A stretch of 64,000 nt of DNA from Iphione sp. A-MEVVRFRX5 (lineage: Eukaryota). Location: contig OZ320320.1 in the NCBI GenBank assembly GCA_976226885.1, positions 37,138,001 to 37,202,000 of the forward strand, given 5' to 3'. A model generated the notes under the pieces. That model was not told the DNA's origin. It was given only the letters and a program-made list of their open reading frames with translations, and made no database searches. Positions 62,121-64,000 of the stretch are shown in pieces (the stretch's first letter is position 1; every line of letters begins with the position of its first letter). Made by a program: the position numbers and the translations under genes.

Positions 62121-64000
62121 AATGAAACCTCTACCATTTCTCTAAAGCTCTAAAAATCTTCTTAAACCTTTCTGTGGATACATACTGCAAATATTCCTCT
62201 GATCTTCCCTTCATCTATTGCAGTTACAAACACTTCCTGACATCTTCACGATTTATGATGAATAAATTTGTCAACACGAAAAGTCTGGAGCGGACCTTGT
62301 GGGCTGCTGTCATCTTGCCCTATCTTCTCAAAATGTCATGTCACCTTCTGGCTTCCAAGAAAAAAAACAGTCATTGTATTGGAAGGTGTTTACAACTTAG
62401 TACTACTCAGGTTTGATATCCTCAGTTGCATCAGCTGCACGAGTGATTTGGACATGCTTGGGTACACATGGGTGTATGGACGTTTTGCTATATGTTTTTA
62501 ATTGAAATGGAGACTTAACTATCACATATCTTTATGAATTGTTAATCGAACCAACGACAATTTCCATTCTTAATCCTTCACTTGGCTCTGACCAGTGAGA
62601 TGGAATAAACAAAAGTGACAAGGAGAAGGTACTGGTTAGGAATGTGTTGGCTGAGAAGAAGTTCGGACAAGTTGAAGGAAGGGTTTGGTCGAATACAATG
62701 GGCGGTTGTTTGTAGGGGTGAGGCGCTGGTGGACTAAGGGGTAAGTTGAACAATCGATCAATAGCAGGTCAGTGACAATGGTAGACAAGCTGTTTCCTTA
62801 AGCCCCCTGGTCTGGGGAAAGGGCATTCGTGGTAACCTTCACCCTGACCTGGTAGGTAATTCTACTCTTCCTTGAATCCATCGAAGGATCCCATATTGTT
62901 TCGGTAAAACTATTTCTTCAATGAACGTGAATTCAATGTGAATGATACAAAGATTAGCTTTGACTTGGGATGTTTCACTCGAGTTCTATCTGGCTGAACG
63001 TTAGAAACATTTTCTATACTAGCAAACAAGTATTGCTGTTGTCCAGAACAACAACAACGCCGAGGCACTGACGTGTACAGGGTTTCAATATGGCTCTTAA
63101 GCGACCAAGATAAATATGTCCGCTCATATTCACGTGGCCTGCCCCGTGTAAAAGAGAATAAGGAGGACTCATGAATACGCTTTGCGCTATATGCTCAGCC
63201 GACGAGCCCTAAGAAGAGCGATTTAAATTTCAGGACCAAAGGCAGACCAAAGGCAGAACTTGGCAGCTCAAAGTGAAGATGAATTCAAGTGTCACAGATT
63301 GTCCGTTTGGTGTTGTACCCCCTGATTCAACTAAACATGTAGGCTAAGACTGACGCCAAGAAGCGGCTGTGTTACAGTCGCATTGTACCACAGTAATCCA
63401 CTTGAATAGCACATTGCACCGGTGTGCACTAAAAGCAAACCGATAATTGGCTGAGCAAACAACAGACCTAAGCTGCTTAGTACTGGCACAATTTGATGGA
63501 ACGTCTCCATTTAGGCAAACAGGGCACACACGATATGCCTACTGCAGGGAAAGTCTGACAATGGATAGTAGTTTAATCTCCAACCAGATTGAATAACATA
63601 TTTAATAACATTCGCTATCAACATATTTGCAGTAGGCCTGCCTAGGACATTACTATAGATCCTTCTTACGACAAAGGAGTTCCTAACGAAGTGTCCATTT
63701 ATCTCGTGCAATATTCTAAATTAACTGTGTTATCAGGCGAGTGTCCTGCCCACATTTGAAAAGAAGGGGCGGAGATGATAGGGAATAAAGAATCAATCTT
63801 TGCAATTGTCTTCCACAGCCCTTAAGAAACTGATTAGGGTTTAATGCCACCTCATTAATTTCTCATAGAAACTAAGACCATATTCCACAGTACTCGCTCC
63901 CCTCTGGTCGGTTAATCATCAATAATTTATGGATTTTTTAAATGTGGCTGAGTAAAATAGGAATCCGAAATTCATCTCAGACAGGATGAATTAAGATCTT

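Noticed and set aside
63161-63212. Shine-Dalgarno-like AGGAGG before ATG (also near 13784)
   Set aside because: The ORFs are 13 and 2 codons long and the context is eukaryotic.
63199-63224. Hammerhead-like CCGACGAGCCC..GAGCGATTT
   Set aside because: Both conserved boxes are mutated and stem II is mismatched. It cannot be told from chance.

Overview
This is non-prokaryotic, gene-poor DNA that reads as animal (probably invertebrate) intergenic or intronic sequence. I cannot name the host. I found no intact protein-coding gene, rRNA, tRNA or CRISPR array, and most ORFs in the supplied track are chance or microsatellite-driven. The one well-resolved structure is a decayed, near full-length RTE-clade non-LTR retrotransposon (about 52854-56537, + strand). 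It has a recognisable AP-endonuclease and RT (YADD at 55707-55718) and a (TGA)3 tail. It is interrupted by an 807-bp TA-flanked Tc1/mariner(pogo)-type MITE carrying a 5 x 31-bp minisatellite, and by a second 154-bp MITE-like fragment. Removing either insert rejoins the RTE peptide. The most interesting observation is at the element's 5' end: a sequence with the strand order of an HDV-like self-cleaving ribozyme, apparently inactivated largely by CpG>CpA decay. Just upstream is an unexplained three-copy 132/148-bp diverged repeat that may be a fossil peptide repeat. Elsewhere there are faint LINE fossils, microsatellites, short tandem duplications and transcription-factor motif clusters (a CRE-repeat module with a DR1, a perfect RFX X-box, an ETS/YY1/NRF1-like cluster). 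I cannot support a new multi-gene biological system. Everything was read by eye, without database searches or folding software.
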